Positions 29,376-38,214 of a stretch of 64,000 nt of DNA are shown here, in pieces. Made by a program: the position numbers and the translations under genes. The first letter of the stretch is position 1. The number at the start of each line of letters is the position of its first letter. Source of the DNA: Flavobacteriaceae bacterium (GTDB lineage: Bacteria; Bacteroidota; Bacteroidia; Flavobacteriales; Flavobacteriaceae); assembly GCA_034005285.1 (NCBI GenBank), contig JAVEUZ010000010.1, forward strand, positions 619-64,618, read 5' to 3'. The notes below the pieces were generated by a model. The model did no database searches. It had not been told where the DNA came from and saw nothing but the letters and a program-made list of their open reading frames with translations.

Positions 29376-32300
29376 ATTAGAGCAGTTTGTCCGAAAATAT
29401 TATACCAACGAATTACTGAAAGGTTTGATTTTGTTTGTGGGTATCGGACTTTTATATTTCTTTTTCACGCTGCTTGTCGAGCATTTTCTTTGGCTGAATA
29501 CTTCCGGCAGAACAGTGCTTTTCTGGCTTTTTATAGCAGTTGAGCTTTTTTTGCTGTTCCGGTTTATTCTTTTTCCGCTGTTTAAGCTCTTTCATCTTCA
29601 AAAGGGAATTACAAATGCCGATGCCTCAAAAATCATCGGAAATCACTTTCCCGAAGTAGGCGATAAGCTAATCAATTTTTTACAGCTTTCAGAAAGCCGC
29701 GAACAATCGGAGCTTTTGCTGGCTTCGATAGAGCAGAAAGCAACGGCTTTGCAACCTGTGCCGTTTGCCAATGCGGTTAGTTTTAAAAAGAATGTTAAAT
29801 ATTTGCCATGGGCGTTGATTCCGTTGTTGATTTGGTCTGTTTTCCTGATTTCCGGCAACGGGAATATTCTGGCAGACAGCATGAACCGCGTGGTAAAGTA
29901 TAACGAAAAATTTTCGCCGCCTGCCCCGTTTTCTTTTGTGATTCAGAATCAGGATTTGCAGGCAGAACAAAATAAAGATTTCGTTTTGCAGGTTAAGTCC
30001 GAAGGGAAGATTGTGCCCGAAAACGTGATGATTGCCATAGGCGAAGAATCCTATTATATGGAAAGCGTGAAACCCGGTTTGTACGAATATCGTTTTGTAA
30101 AACCCTCAAAATCTGTTGCTTTTCATTTACAGGCAAATCAGGTTGTTTCCCCCGACTACCAACTTCAGGTGGTCGAAACGCCCACGATTGCCAACTTTGA
30201 AATGCTGCTTCAGTTTCCGGGTTATCTCAACAGAAAATCTGAATCTGTCAAAGGTTCGGGTAATGCTATTGTACCCGAAGGAACAAAAGTAACGTGGAAA
30301 GTCAAAGCTCAGGCAACCGAAACTATCGAATGGGCAGACGAATCAAAATCTGCGACATTTCAAAAGGTTGATTCCGATTTTTTGCTGTCACAAAATATTT
30401 CACAAAATACAGATTATCAGATATTAACGTCTAATAACAGGATAAAGCATTACGAAAAGCTTCAGTATAAAATTTCTGTCGTAAAAGACCAATATCCTAC
30501 GATTAATGTGAATCCGGCACCCGATAGTTTAAAATTAAACAGGAATGTTCTGGTCGGACAGGTTTCAGACGATTACGGACTTTCTAAGCTGCAAATTGTC
30601 TATTACCCGAAAGGGAATGAAGACAAAGCACAAAAAACGGCTTTAAACGTAAAAAAAGAGGTATTTGACCGTTTTGTTTATGTGTTTCCGGGCAAGCTTC
30701 CTGTAGAAGAAGGTGTGAGTTATGATTTTTATTTTGAAGTATTTGATAATGATGTCCTGCACGGATATAAAAGTACCCGTTCGGGCGTGTTTTCAGACCG
30801 TTTGGCAACACAGGAAGAAAAAGAAGACCAGTTGCTTCAGGATAAGAATAACAATCTGAATAGTTTGCAGAAATCGCTCAAAAATCAGGATAAGCAGTTG
30901 TCGGAATTAGATAAGTTGCAAAAGCTTAATAAAGAGAAAAATTCGCTTGAATATAAAGACCGTCAGAAGATCGACGATTTTATCAAAAGGCAGAAGCAGC
31001 AGGAGCAGATGATGAAGGAGTTCTCTAAAAAGCTCGAAGACAACCTGAAAGAATTTAAGCCCGACGAACAGGATTCTAAAAAAGAAGCCTTACAGGAACG
31101 CATGCAAAATGCCGAAAAAGAAGCAGAAAAGAACGAAAAGCTTTTGGACGAATTACAGCGTTTGAGCGAAAAAATGCAGGAAGAAGATTTGTTTGACAAA
31201 ATGGATCAATTCAAGCAATCTTCCAAAAACCAGATGAAAAATTTAGAACAATTGGTTGAGCTTACCAAACGATATTATGTTGAAAAAAAGGCTGAGCAAT
31301 TGGCAGATAAGCTCGACAAGCTGGGCGACAAGCAGGAAAAGCTGGCAGATGATAAAAACAATAATACAGACAAGCAGGAAGAATTGAACAAAGAGTTCGA
31401 TAAGATAAAGGAAGAGCTTCGCGACCTTGAAAAAGAGAATAATGATTTAAAGAAACCGATGGATATTCCTACTGACGAAAAGCAGGAAAAAAGCATCGAT
31501 GAAGATCAACAGAAAGCCACTGACGAACTTCAAAAGGAAAATCAGGACGGAGCAAAGCCAAAACAGAAATCTGCCGGACAGAAAATGAAGCAAATGGGCG
31601 GACAGATGATGGAGGCAATGGGTGGCGGACAAATGGAGCAGTTGCAGGAAGATGCCAGAATGTTGCGTCAAATATTGGATAATCTGTTGGCGTTTTCTTT
31701 TACTCAGGAAGATTTGATGAAGCAGTTTAGAGGGCTTAAAAAAGGAGCACCGTCCTATAACAAATACCTTAAAGAACAGCAAAACCTGAAACAACAGTTC
31801 AGGCACATTGATGACAGCCTGTTTGCGTTATCTTTACGAAATGAAAAAATTACCGAACAGATTACCGAAGAGATAGGAAACGTTCATTATAACGTTGATA
31901 AATCGCTCGAAACGCTGGCAGAAGCTATGATTCCCAAAGGTGTTTCGCATCAGCAATACACCATTTCGGCGGCAAATCGTCTGGCAGATTTCTTGAGTGA
32001 TATTATGAACCAGATGCAGATGCAAATGTCTGGTTCAGGTTCGGGCGGAGAAGGAATGCCCATGCCGGGACAAGGACAGGGTGCAGGTAAGCAGCTTCCC
32101 GATATTATCCAGAAGCAAAAGGGCTTGGGCGAAAAGATGAAAGAAGGCATGGAAAAGCAAGGAGAGGACGGTGAAGGTAAAGAAGGCGATAACGGAAAAC
32201 AGAAAGGAAACCAAAAAGGTCAGCAGCAAGGCGAAGGTCAGGGCGGCGGCGGAAACGGCGACGGCGAAGAAAATGCCCGTGAACTGATGGAAATTTACAA

Positions 32301-32679
32301 GGAACAACGCAGGTTGCGGGAACAGTTGCAGGATGCACTGCAGAAACAAGGCATGACACCCGACGGTAAAAAGGTTTTAGACCAGATGAAAGATGCTGAA
32401 AAGCAGTTGTTGAACAAAGGCTTTAAAAACGAAGTCTTGCAGAAGATTTTAAATATACAGTACGAAATGCTAAAGCTTGAAAACGCCATTCAGCAGCAGG
32501 GAGAAGACGAAAAACGCCAGTCTGAAACCAACAGAAAAGAATTTAACAGCAATGCGAATGCCTTGTCGCCTGCACTTCAGGATTATTTGAACAGTATTGA
32601 AATTTTAAACAGACAAACATTACCTTTGCGGTCGCATTATAACCAAAAAGTACAACAATATTTTAAGTCAAATGATTAG
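29347..32679 (+). CDS. DUF4175-like membrane-anchored coiled-coil protein
   Basis: 1110 aa. N-terminal TM helices, Ig-like middle (VVKDQYP.I), long Q/E/K-rich coiled-coil tail. Overlaps the ybeY start. Family assignment from memory. Confidence 0.65.
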   Translation: MNKINLIYHKLEQFVRKYYTNELLKGLILFVGIGLLYFFFTLLVEHFLWLNTSGRTVLFWLFIAVELFLLFRFILFPLFKLFHLQKGITNADASKIIGNHFPEVGDKLINFLQLSESREQSELLLASIEQKATALQPVPFANAVSFKKNVKYLPWALIPLLIWSVFLISGNGNILADSMNRVVKYNEKFSPPAPFSFVIQNQDLQAEQNKDFVLQVKSEGKIVPENVMIAIGEESYYMESVKPGLYEYRFVKPSKSVAFHLQANQVVSPDYQLQVVETPTIANFEMLLQFPGYLNRKSESVKGSGNAIVPEGTKVTWKVKAQATETIEWADESKSATFQKVDSDFLLSQNISQNTDYQILTSNNRIKHYEKLQYKISVVKDQYPTINVNPAPDSLKLNRNVLVGQVSDDYGLSKLQIVYYPKGNEDKAQKTALNVKKEVFDRFVYVFPGKLPVEEGVSYDFYFEVFDNDVLHGYKSTRSGVFSDRLATQEEKEDQLLQDKNNNLNSLQKSLKNQDKQLSELDKLQKLNKEKNSLEYKDRQKIDDFIKRQKQQEQMMKEFSKKLEDNLKEFKPDEQDSKKEALQERMQNAEKEAEKNEKLLDELQRLSEKMQEEDLFDKMDQFKQSSKNQMKNLEQLVELTKRYYVEKKAEQLADKLDKLGDKQEKLADDKNNNTDKQEELNKEFDKIKEELRDLEKENNDLKKPMDIPTDEKQEKSIDEDQQKATDELQKENQDGAKPKQKSAGQKMKQMGGQMMEAMGGGQMEQLQEDARMLRQILDNLLAFSFTQEDLMKQFRGLKKGAPSYNKYLKEQQNLKQQFRHIDDSLFALSLRNEKITEQITEEIGNVHYNVDKSLETLAEAMIPKGVSHQQYTISAANRLADFLSDIMNQMQMQMSGSGSGGEGMPMPGQGQGAGKQLPDIIQKQKGLGEKMKEGMEKQGEDGEGKEGDNGKQKGNQKGQQQGEGQGGGGNGDGEENARELMEIYKEQRRLREQLQDALQKQGMTPDGKKVLDQMKDAEKQLLNKGFKNEVLQKILNIQYEMLKLENAIQQQGEDEKRQSETNRKEFNSNANALSPALQDYLNSIEILNRQTLPLRSHYNQKVQQYFKSND

Positions 32680-33091
32680 CTTTCATTACGAAATCAATTT
32701 TGAATTTTTTTCAGAAAAATCTTATAAATATTGGATTTCTAAAGTTATTGCATCAGAAAGCAAAGAGTTGGGCGAAATAAACTATATTTTTTGCGACGAC
32801 AGCTATCTTTTGAAAATCAATCAAGATTATCTTAACCACGACACTTATACGGATATTATAAGTTTTGATTACAGTAAAGGAAATATCTTAAGCGGTGACA
32901 TCTTTATTTCTGTTGAAAGAGTTAGGGATAACGCACAGGATTTTGGAGTGAGCTTTGATGAAGAACTACGTAGAGTAATGGCTCACGGAGTGTTGCATTA
33001 TTGTGGTTACAAAGACAAAACCGAAGCTGACCAAAAATTTATGCGACAAAAAGAAAACGAAAAAATAAAAATGTTCCACGTGGAACAGTAA
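32672..33091 (+). CDS. ybeY: rRNA maturation endoribonuclease YbeY
   Basis: YLNHDTYTDIISF, GDIFIS and HGVLHYCGYKD metal-binding motifs. Confidence 0.95.
   Translation: MISFHYEINFEFFSEKSYKYWISKVIASESKELGEINYIFCDDSYLLKINQDYLNHDTYTDIISFDYSKGNILSGDIFISVERVRDNAQDFGVSFDEELRRVMAHGVLHYCGYKDKTEADQKFMRQKENEKIKMFHVEQ
33072..33087. promoter_or_regulatory. parS centromere site 1 (inside the ybeY 3' end)
   Basis: Perfect palindrome TGTTCCACGTGGAACA matching the parS consensus tGTTNCACGTGNAACa. Confidence 0.85.
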
Positions 33092-33196
33092 TAGAGAGAA
33101 TAGAGAATAGAACATAGAAAAAAGATTTCAAACCCTCGTCAGTTTTCCCTCACGTTATTCTAAATCTATAAAAGTATAAGAATGACAAAACGAACT

Positions 33197-33229
33197 CCCC
33201 TCTCTTTTGGAGAGGGGTTGGGGGAGAGG
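33197..33229 (+). repeat. REP-like palindromic element
   Basis: CCCCTCTC-TTTTG-GAGAGGGG hairpin followed by TTGGGGGAGAGG. Resembles a REP type seen in Bacteroidota (recalled, not searched). Confidence 0.5.
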
Positions 33230-33238
33230 AAAAGACAA

Positions 33239-33254
33239 TGTTCCACGTGGAACA
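33239..33254. promoter_or_regulatory. parS centromere site 2
   Basis: Perfect TGTTCCACGTGGAACA. Confidence 0.85.
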
Positions 33255-33260
33255 ACAGTC

Positions 33261-33286
33261 TGTCATTGCGACGAACGAAGCAATCT
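33261..33286 (+). repeat. REP-like hairpin, copy 1 (cassette leader)
   Basis: TGTCATTGCGACGAACGAAGCAATCT; 23/26 identical to 33892-33917. Confidence 0.7.
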
Positions 33287-33300
33287 AAAAAATATAAATT

Positions 33301-33851
33301 ATGCACGAATATACTTCTATTTATGGTTATATAAAAATATATCCCAGCAGTCGTTTAGATTCATATAGTAAGGCTGTTGATTTTATTAAAAGTCTTGGAA
33401 AAGATGAATCATATCCGTTTATTAATTCTAATATGTTTAGTTTTGGAGATTGTGAAATTCCATATTATTATGAAGATATTATGCTTGGTTTTGCCTCTAC
33501 TTATAAATATTTTGGTTATGAATTAAAAGATTGGAATCGTTTTGTATTAAAAATAGAAAATATACTTCGTAATATTGATTTTGAAAATGCACAATTTCAT
33601 ATTGATAGTGCTTGGGGAGAATTTACGATGTATTGGCAATCAAAAAAAATCTTACAAGATTATTAACGAATGAAGAGTTAAAAGAAAAAACTACAAGATT
33701 TACAGAAACAGAAGAGTGGTATTTTGGTTTTGGCAAAAGAACCCCTGATATTGGTTGGTTAGAAGATGAAAAATATGATGAAGAAATGGAGGGTTTAAGA
33801 AGTGAAAAATATGATTTTATTGGTTTCAAATATCCAATACCTAAAAAGTAA
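33301..33851 (+). pseudogene. Orphan ~183-aa protein split by a 1-nt frameshift in an A8 run (ORFs 33301-33666 and 33612-33851)
   Basis: Adding one A at 33642-33649 gives ...YWQSKKNLTRLLTNEELKE...FKYPIPKK*. AT-rich, acidic/aromatic composition. Confidence 0.65.
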
Positions 33852-33863
33852 TAAAAAATAAAA

Positions 33864-33879
33864 AGTTCCACGTGGAACA
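33864..33879. promoter_or_regulatory. parS centromere site 3
   Basis: AGTTCCACGTGGAACA, one mismatch to the palindrome. Confidence 0.75.
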
Positions 33880-33891
33880 AAAACTATACTT

Positions 33892-33917
33892 TGTCATTAC
33901 GAGGAACGAAGTAATCT
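33892..33917 (+). repeat. REP-like hairpin, copy 2 (cassette leader)
   Basis: TGTCATTACGAGGAACGAAGTAATCT; compensatory G-C to A-T change versus copy 1. Confidence 0.7.
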
Positions 33918-33930
33918 AAAATAATATAAA

Positions 33931-34374
33931 ATGGGAGCAGTAGGATTAGAGCTTAAATTTATATTTGATAAAATTGAGCCGATTGAAAAATATTTAGAAT
34001 TAAGAGAAAAATATAATTTTGATGCTCGTAATGGTTTAAATTTAATTATGACAGGAGAACATTGGTCTGAAATTGAAGATGAAGGAAGGTTAATGACAAT
34101 GTTAGAAAAAAAGCTAAATATTGATTTGTCCATTTTAGATTATTGGAATGAAGATGATAATGGCAATTTTGTAGATTTAGATTTGTTACTACCTAAATTG
34201 GTTGAATTTAAAAATTGCATTCAAAATAATCCTGATTTTTATAAAGAAATTTTATATAATATTGAAGATTATTATTTGAAAGAACAATTAAAAAGGGATA
34301 TTGAATTTTTAATTGAACGAGTGAATTTTAATATCCAAAACGGAGCAAAAAAAGTAAGATTTGAAACATTATAA
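33931..34374 (+). CDS. Hypothetical acidic protein (147 aa), low-GC cassette gene
   Basis: Intact ORF with an A-rich leader. No recognisable motif. Confidence 0.7.
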   Translation: MGAVGLELKFIFDKIEPIEKYLELREKYNFDARNGLNLIMTGEHWSEIEDEGRLMTMLEKKLNIDLSILDYWNEDDNGNFVDLDLLLPKLVEFKNCIQNNPDFYKEILYNIEDYYLKEQLKRDIEFLIERVNFNIQNGAKKVRFETL

Positions 34375-34410
34375 ACGATTGAACAAATCAACGATTAAAC
34401 CAAAAAAACA

Positions 34411-36279
34411 ATGTTTAGTGAATACGATGTAATAGTAGTAGGAGGAGGACACGCAGGTTCGGAGGCGTCTGCCTCGTCTGCCAATATGGGTTGTAAGACG
34501 TTGCTGATAACGATGAGTTTGCAGAACATAGCCCAGATGTCGTGCAATCCTGCAATGGGAGGGATTGCAAAAGGGCAGATTGTTCGGGAAATTGATGCAC
34601 TCGGAGGGTATTCGGGCATTGTTTCGGATAAAACGGCTATTCAGTTTAGAATGTTGAACAAGTCCAAAGGACCTGCAATGTGGAGTCCGAGAGTGCAGAG
34701 TGACAGAATGCGTTTTGCAGAAGAATGGAGATTGATGTTGGAGCAGACACCAAACCTCGATTTTTATCAGGAAATGGTAAAAGGCATTATGGTCGAAAAC
34801 GGAAAAGTAACGGGAGTTATTACCAATTTAGGTATTAAAATCAGAGCAAAAGCAGTGATTTTAACCAACGGAACTTTCCTGAACGGGCTTATCCATATAG
34901 GGGAAAAGCAGTTCGGAGGAGGCAGGGCAGGAGAGGGAGCGTCTTACGGAATTACCGAAGATTTGGTTAATCTCGGCTTTGATGCAGGACGTATGAAAAC
35001 GGGAACACCACCTCGTGTGGACGGACGTTCGCTTGATTTTTCTAAGATGGAAGAGCAGCCCGGAGACGAAAAACCGAGTAAATTTTCTTATTTGGATATT
35101 ACAAAACCGCTCACCAAACAGCGTAGTTGTTTTATGACCTATACTTCACAAACAGTACACGATTTGTTGCGTGAAGGATTTGATCGTTCGCCTATGTTTA
35201 ACGGAAGAATTAAAAGTATAGGACCAAGATATTGTCCGTCTATTGAGGATAAAATCAATCGTTTTGCAGACAAAGAAAGACATCAAATTTTCGTTGAGCC
35301 GGAGGGTTGGAATACGGTCGAGGTTTACGTAAACGGATTTTCGACTTCCTTGCCCGAAGACATACAGTTTAAAGCCTTGCGTTCTGTTACCGGTTTTGAA
35401 AACGTAAAATTTTTCAGACCGGGTTATGCAATTGAGTATGATTATTTTCCTCCGACACAACTAAAATATACACTCGAAACAAAACTGGTCGAAGGACTGT
35501 TTTTTGCCGGACAAATAAACGGCACGACAGGTTATGAAGAAGCAGCCTCTCAAGGTTTGATGGCGGGGATTAATGCGGCTTTGCAGGTTCAGGAAAAAGA
35601 ACCGTTTGTTTTAAAGCGTGATGAGGCTTATATTGGTGTTTTGATTGATGATTTGATAACAAAAGGAACAGAAGAACCATATAGAATGTTTACTTCTCGT
35701 GCCGAATACAGAACGTTGCTCCGTCAGGACAACGCAGATTTCAGACTTACACCGATGTCTTACCAAATAGGTTTGGCAAAAGAAGACAGAATGCGTAGAA
35801 TGGAACAAAAATTGGTTGCGTCAGAAAAGATGGTAACGTTTATGAAGCAAACAAGCATTTCTCATAATGTTGTAAATCCGTTATTGGCTGAAAAGGGCAG
35901 TTCGCTGATGTCACAAACCGATAAATTGTTTAAGGTTTTTTCTCGTCCGGAAATTGATTTTGAAGATATTCTGAGTTTTGATGCTATCAAAGAGTATGTG
36001 TCTGAACATGATTTAGACCCTGAAATTGTTGACCAAGCATTGATTCAGGTAAAATATTCGGGTTATATTGAGAAAGAAAAACAAAGTGCTGACAAGATTA
36101 AGAGATTAGAAGATTTAAAAATACCTACCAATTTTGATTATGACAAAATTAAGTCTTTGTCGCATGAAGCGAGAGAAAAACTAAAAAGAATCTGTCCGGA
36201 AACAGTATCACAAGCCTCCAGGATCAGCGGAATTTCTCCGACAGAAATTTCCTTACTTTTGATATATATGGGACGTTAG
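34411..36279 (+). CDS. mnmG: tRNA uridine 5-carboxymethylaminomethyl modification enzyme MnmG (GidA)
   Basis: DVIVVGGGHAGSEA FAD motif, MSCNPAMGGIAKG, GPRYCPSIEDK, AGQINGTTGYEEAA and EEPYRMFTSRAEYR. Confidence 0.97.
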   Translation: MFSEYDVIVVGGGHAGSEASASSANMGCKTLLITMSLQNIAQMSCNPAMGGIAKGQIVREIDALGGYSGIVSDKTAIQFRMLNKSKGPAMWSPRVQSDRMRFAEEWRLMLEQTPNLDFYQEMVKGIMVENGKVTGVITNLGIKIRAKAVILTNGTFLNGLIHIGEKQFGGGRAGEGASYGITEDLVNLGFDAGRMKTGTPPRVDGRSLDFSKMEEQPGDEKPSKFSYLDITKPLTKQRSCFMTYTSQTVHDLLREGFDRSPMFNGRIKSIGPRYCPSIEDKINRFADKERHQIFVEPEGWNTVEVYVNGFSTSLPEDIQFKALRSVTGFENVKFFRPGYAIEYDYFPPTQLKYTLETKLVEGLFFAGQINGTTGYEEAASQGLMAGINAALQVQEKEPFVLKRDEAYIGVLIDDLITKGTEEPYRMFTSRAEYRTLLRQDNADFRLTPMSYQIGLAKEDRMRRMEQKLVASEKMVTFMKQTSISHNVVNPLLAEKGSSLMSQTDKLFKVFSRPEIDFEDILSFDAIKEYVSEHDLDPEIVDQALIQVKYSGYIEKEKQSADKIKRLEDLKIPTNFDYDKIKSLSHEAREKLKRICPETVSQASRISGISPTEISLLLIYMGR

Positions 36280-36313
36280 AAAACAGAACATAGAGAAAAG
36301 ACTCTAACAACAA

Positions 36314-36369
36314 CGTCAGTTCGAGTGTTTTTTGCGAAATGTAGTGTAGAAAAGAATGTATCGAGAACC
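36314..36369 (+). repeat. REP-like interspersed element after mnmG
   Basis: GTCAGTTCGAGTG...GTATCGAGAAC arms. Resembles a Flavobacterium intergenic repeat (recalled). Confidence 0.4.
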
Positions 36370-36401
36370 TAAAAATCGAATCCTCGCAATTACGAGTCAA
36401 A

Positions 36402-36417
36402 TATTTCACGTGAATCA
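36402..36417. promoter_or_regulatory. Degenerate parS site 4
   Basis: TATTTCACGTGAATCA, two mismatches to TGTTTCACGTGAAACA. Confidence 0.5.
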
Positions 36418-36474
36418 AAATTTATCAACCCGTACTATTGTTGGATTTTACAAAACAACAAAAATAGTTTTTAT

Positions 36475-37314
36475 ATGAAATTTGAAAATGTTCCAAATAT
36501 AAAGGTTAAAGACCATTCTGTTTCTAAAGAAGACTTCGAGTTGAAATACAATTCGGAATATGACTTATTTCAAACGCATCCAATTCCAGAACATATAGAA
36601 AAATATTACCAAAGCGAGGATTATATTTCACATACCGATTCCAAACGTTCGTTATTTGAAAAAGCTTATCATTGGGTAAAGCAATATACCTTATCTAGAA
36701 AAGAAGCGTTGATTTCGTCTTATATAAAAAAGAAAGGTAATCTTTTGGACATAGGAGCAGGAACAGGAGATTTTTTGGCTTATGCAAAATCCAAGAAATG
36801 GGAAGTTATTGGAATCGAACCCAACCAAAAAGCAAAAGAATTAGCTCAAAAAAAAGGAGTTTCGTTTGTGGAGAATACAGAAGAATTGTCAAATAACTCT
36901 TTTGATGTGATTACGATGTTTCATGTTTTGGAACACGTAACGGATTTGGACAGACAGTTAGTAGAACTCAAAAGAATTAGCAAACCTGGTGGATATATAA
37001 TCATTGCTGTTCCGAATTTTAAATCGTATGATGCTAAGTTTTATAAAGAATTTTGGGCTGCTTATGATGTGCCAAGACATTTGTGGCATTTTTCAAAAAC
37101 ATCCATTTCAAAACTTTTTGCTGAAAAAGAAATCAAATTAGAAAGAGTTTACCCCATGTGTTTTGACAGTTTTTATGTTTCGTTATTGTCCGAAAAATAT
37201 AAAACCGGAAAAATGAATTTTGTCAAAGCTATTTGGGTCGGATTTAAATCGAATATTTACGGCATGAAAACCCATGAATATTCTTCACATATTTATGTTT
37301 TGAAAAATGAGTAG
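36475..37314 (+). CDS. Class I SAM-dependent methyltransferase
   Basis: LLDIGAGTG motif I, FDVITMFHVLEH, IAVPN and YDVPRHLWHF. Confidence 0.9.
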   Translation: MKFENVPNIKVKDHSVSKEDFELKYNSEYDLFQTHPIPEHIEKYYQSEDYISHTDSKRSLFEKAYHWVKQYTLSRKEALISSYIKKKGNLLDIGAGTGDFLAYAKSKKWEVIGIEPNQKAKELAQKKGVSFVENTEELSNNSFDVITMFHVLEHVTDLDRQLVELKRISKPGGYIIIAVPNFKSYDAKFYKEFWAAYDVPRHLWHFSKTSISKLFAEKEIKLERVYPMCFDSFYVSLLSEKYKTGKMNFVKAIWVGFKSNIYGMKTHEYSSHIYVLKNE

Positions 37315-37375
37315 TTCTTAGTTTGTTTCTTTATTCTATATTCTTACTTTTGCCAATCTTAAATACAAAAAACTT

Positions 37376-37969
37376 ATGAAAAAATCGATAATTCTTACAA
37401 CGTTTATGGCTGTAATGATTTCTTGCAACAAAACAGAATCTGAAAAAACCTCAACTGTTTCGGGTGATTATAACACGGCTTATGTTGATACAGCCAAATT
37501 AATGGAAGAAAACATTGAAGCAAAGGATATCAAGGCAAAATTTGAAGCCATTCTTGAAGAAAAAGGCAAAAGATTTGATGCTGAAGTTGCCCAATTTCAG
37601 TCCGAAGCGTCAAATTTCGAAAAAAATGCTCAACAGTACGGGATGCAATGGGCTCAAAAAAAAGGAGAAGAATTGAGAAAAAAAGAACAATATCTTGCCC
37701 AGCAGGAACAATTAATCGTTAGAGAAGCTCAGTTTGAAGGCGGAAAAGAAATGGACTCTTTGGTAAAAAGAGTTAAAGATGTTATTAAAGAATACGGCAA
37801 AGAAAAAGGATATGACTATATCTATGGAACAGGAGAATCTGCTAATGTGCTGTACGCTAAAGACAAATTTGACATTACAGATGAATTAATAAAACTGATT
37901 AACGATAAGTATAAGCCTTCAGAATCATCTTCTAAGCCGCAAACAGAAGAAACTAAAGAAGAAAGATAA
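37376..37969 (+). CDS. OmpH/Skp family chaperone (lipoprotein)
   Basis: Lipobox MISC, AYVDTAKL, helical core, GYDYI and DITDELIK. -7 box TACTTTTG at 37345-37352. Confidence 0.88.
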   Translation: MKKSIILTTFMAVMISCNKTESEKTSTVSGDYNTAYVDTAKLMEENIEAKDIKAKFEAILEEKGKRFDAEVAQFQSEASNFEKNAQQYGMQWAQKKGEELRKKEQYLAQQEQLIVREAQFEGGKEMDSLVKRVKDVIKEYGKEKGYDYIYGTGESANVLYAKDKFDITDELIKLINDKYKPSESSSKPQTEETKEER

Positions 37970-38010
37970 AATGAATATTCGTTTTTGAAAATAATTTGTG
38001 TTTAGTTTGA

Positions 38011-38041
38011 AGACCTCAAGTTTTTAAACCCCTTGAGGTCT
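38011..38041. repeat. REP-like palindrome or terminator after ompH
   Basis: AGACCTCAAG-11nt-CTTGAGGTCT, perfect 10-bp arms. Confidence 0.5.
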
Positions 38042-38094
38042 GAAAATCAAATCAAAAACCCTTTTATGACATTAAACGGACATTCATATAAAAT

Positions 38095-38123
38095 AAAAAC
38101 CGCTTAAATTCAAGCGGTTTTTT
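38095..38123 (+). terminator. Intrinsic terminator upstream of the lspA promoter
   Basis: AAAAACCGCTT-AAATTC-AAGCGGTTTTT(T). Confidence 0.7.
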
Positions 38124-38214
38124 ACTTAAAAATAACCTAAAGTTTGTCTTCATTTTTATAGAATTATTTTTTATTAACTAATATTGTTATTTTTGCACGT
38201 CAATTTTTTAGCGT

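Noticed and set aside
29643-32489. Dense set of antisense ORFs inside the DUF4175-like gene
   Set aside because: Expected from Q/E/K-rich low-complexity coding, which lacks antisense stops.
33623-33880. Minus-strand ORF starting MFHVEL
   Set aside because: Artefact of reading the parS palindrome; antisense to the cassette gene.
33061-33917. Possible CRISPR array from the repeated GTTCCACGTGGAAC
   Set aside because: Only three copies, spaced irregularly (~167 and ~625 bp) with whole genes between them, and no cas genes. The sequence matches parS.
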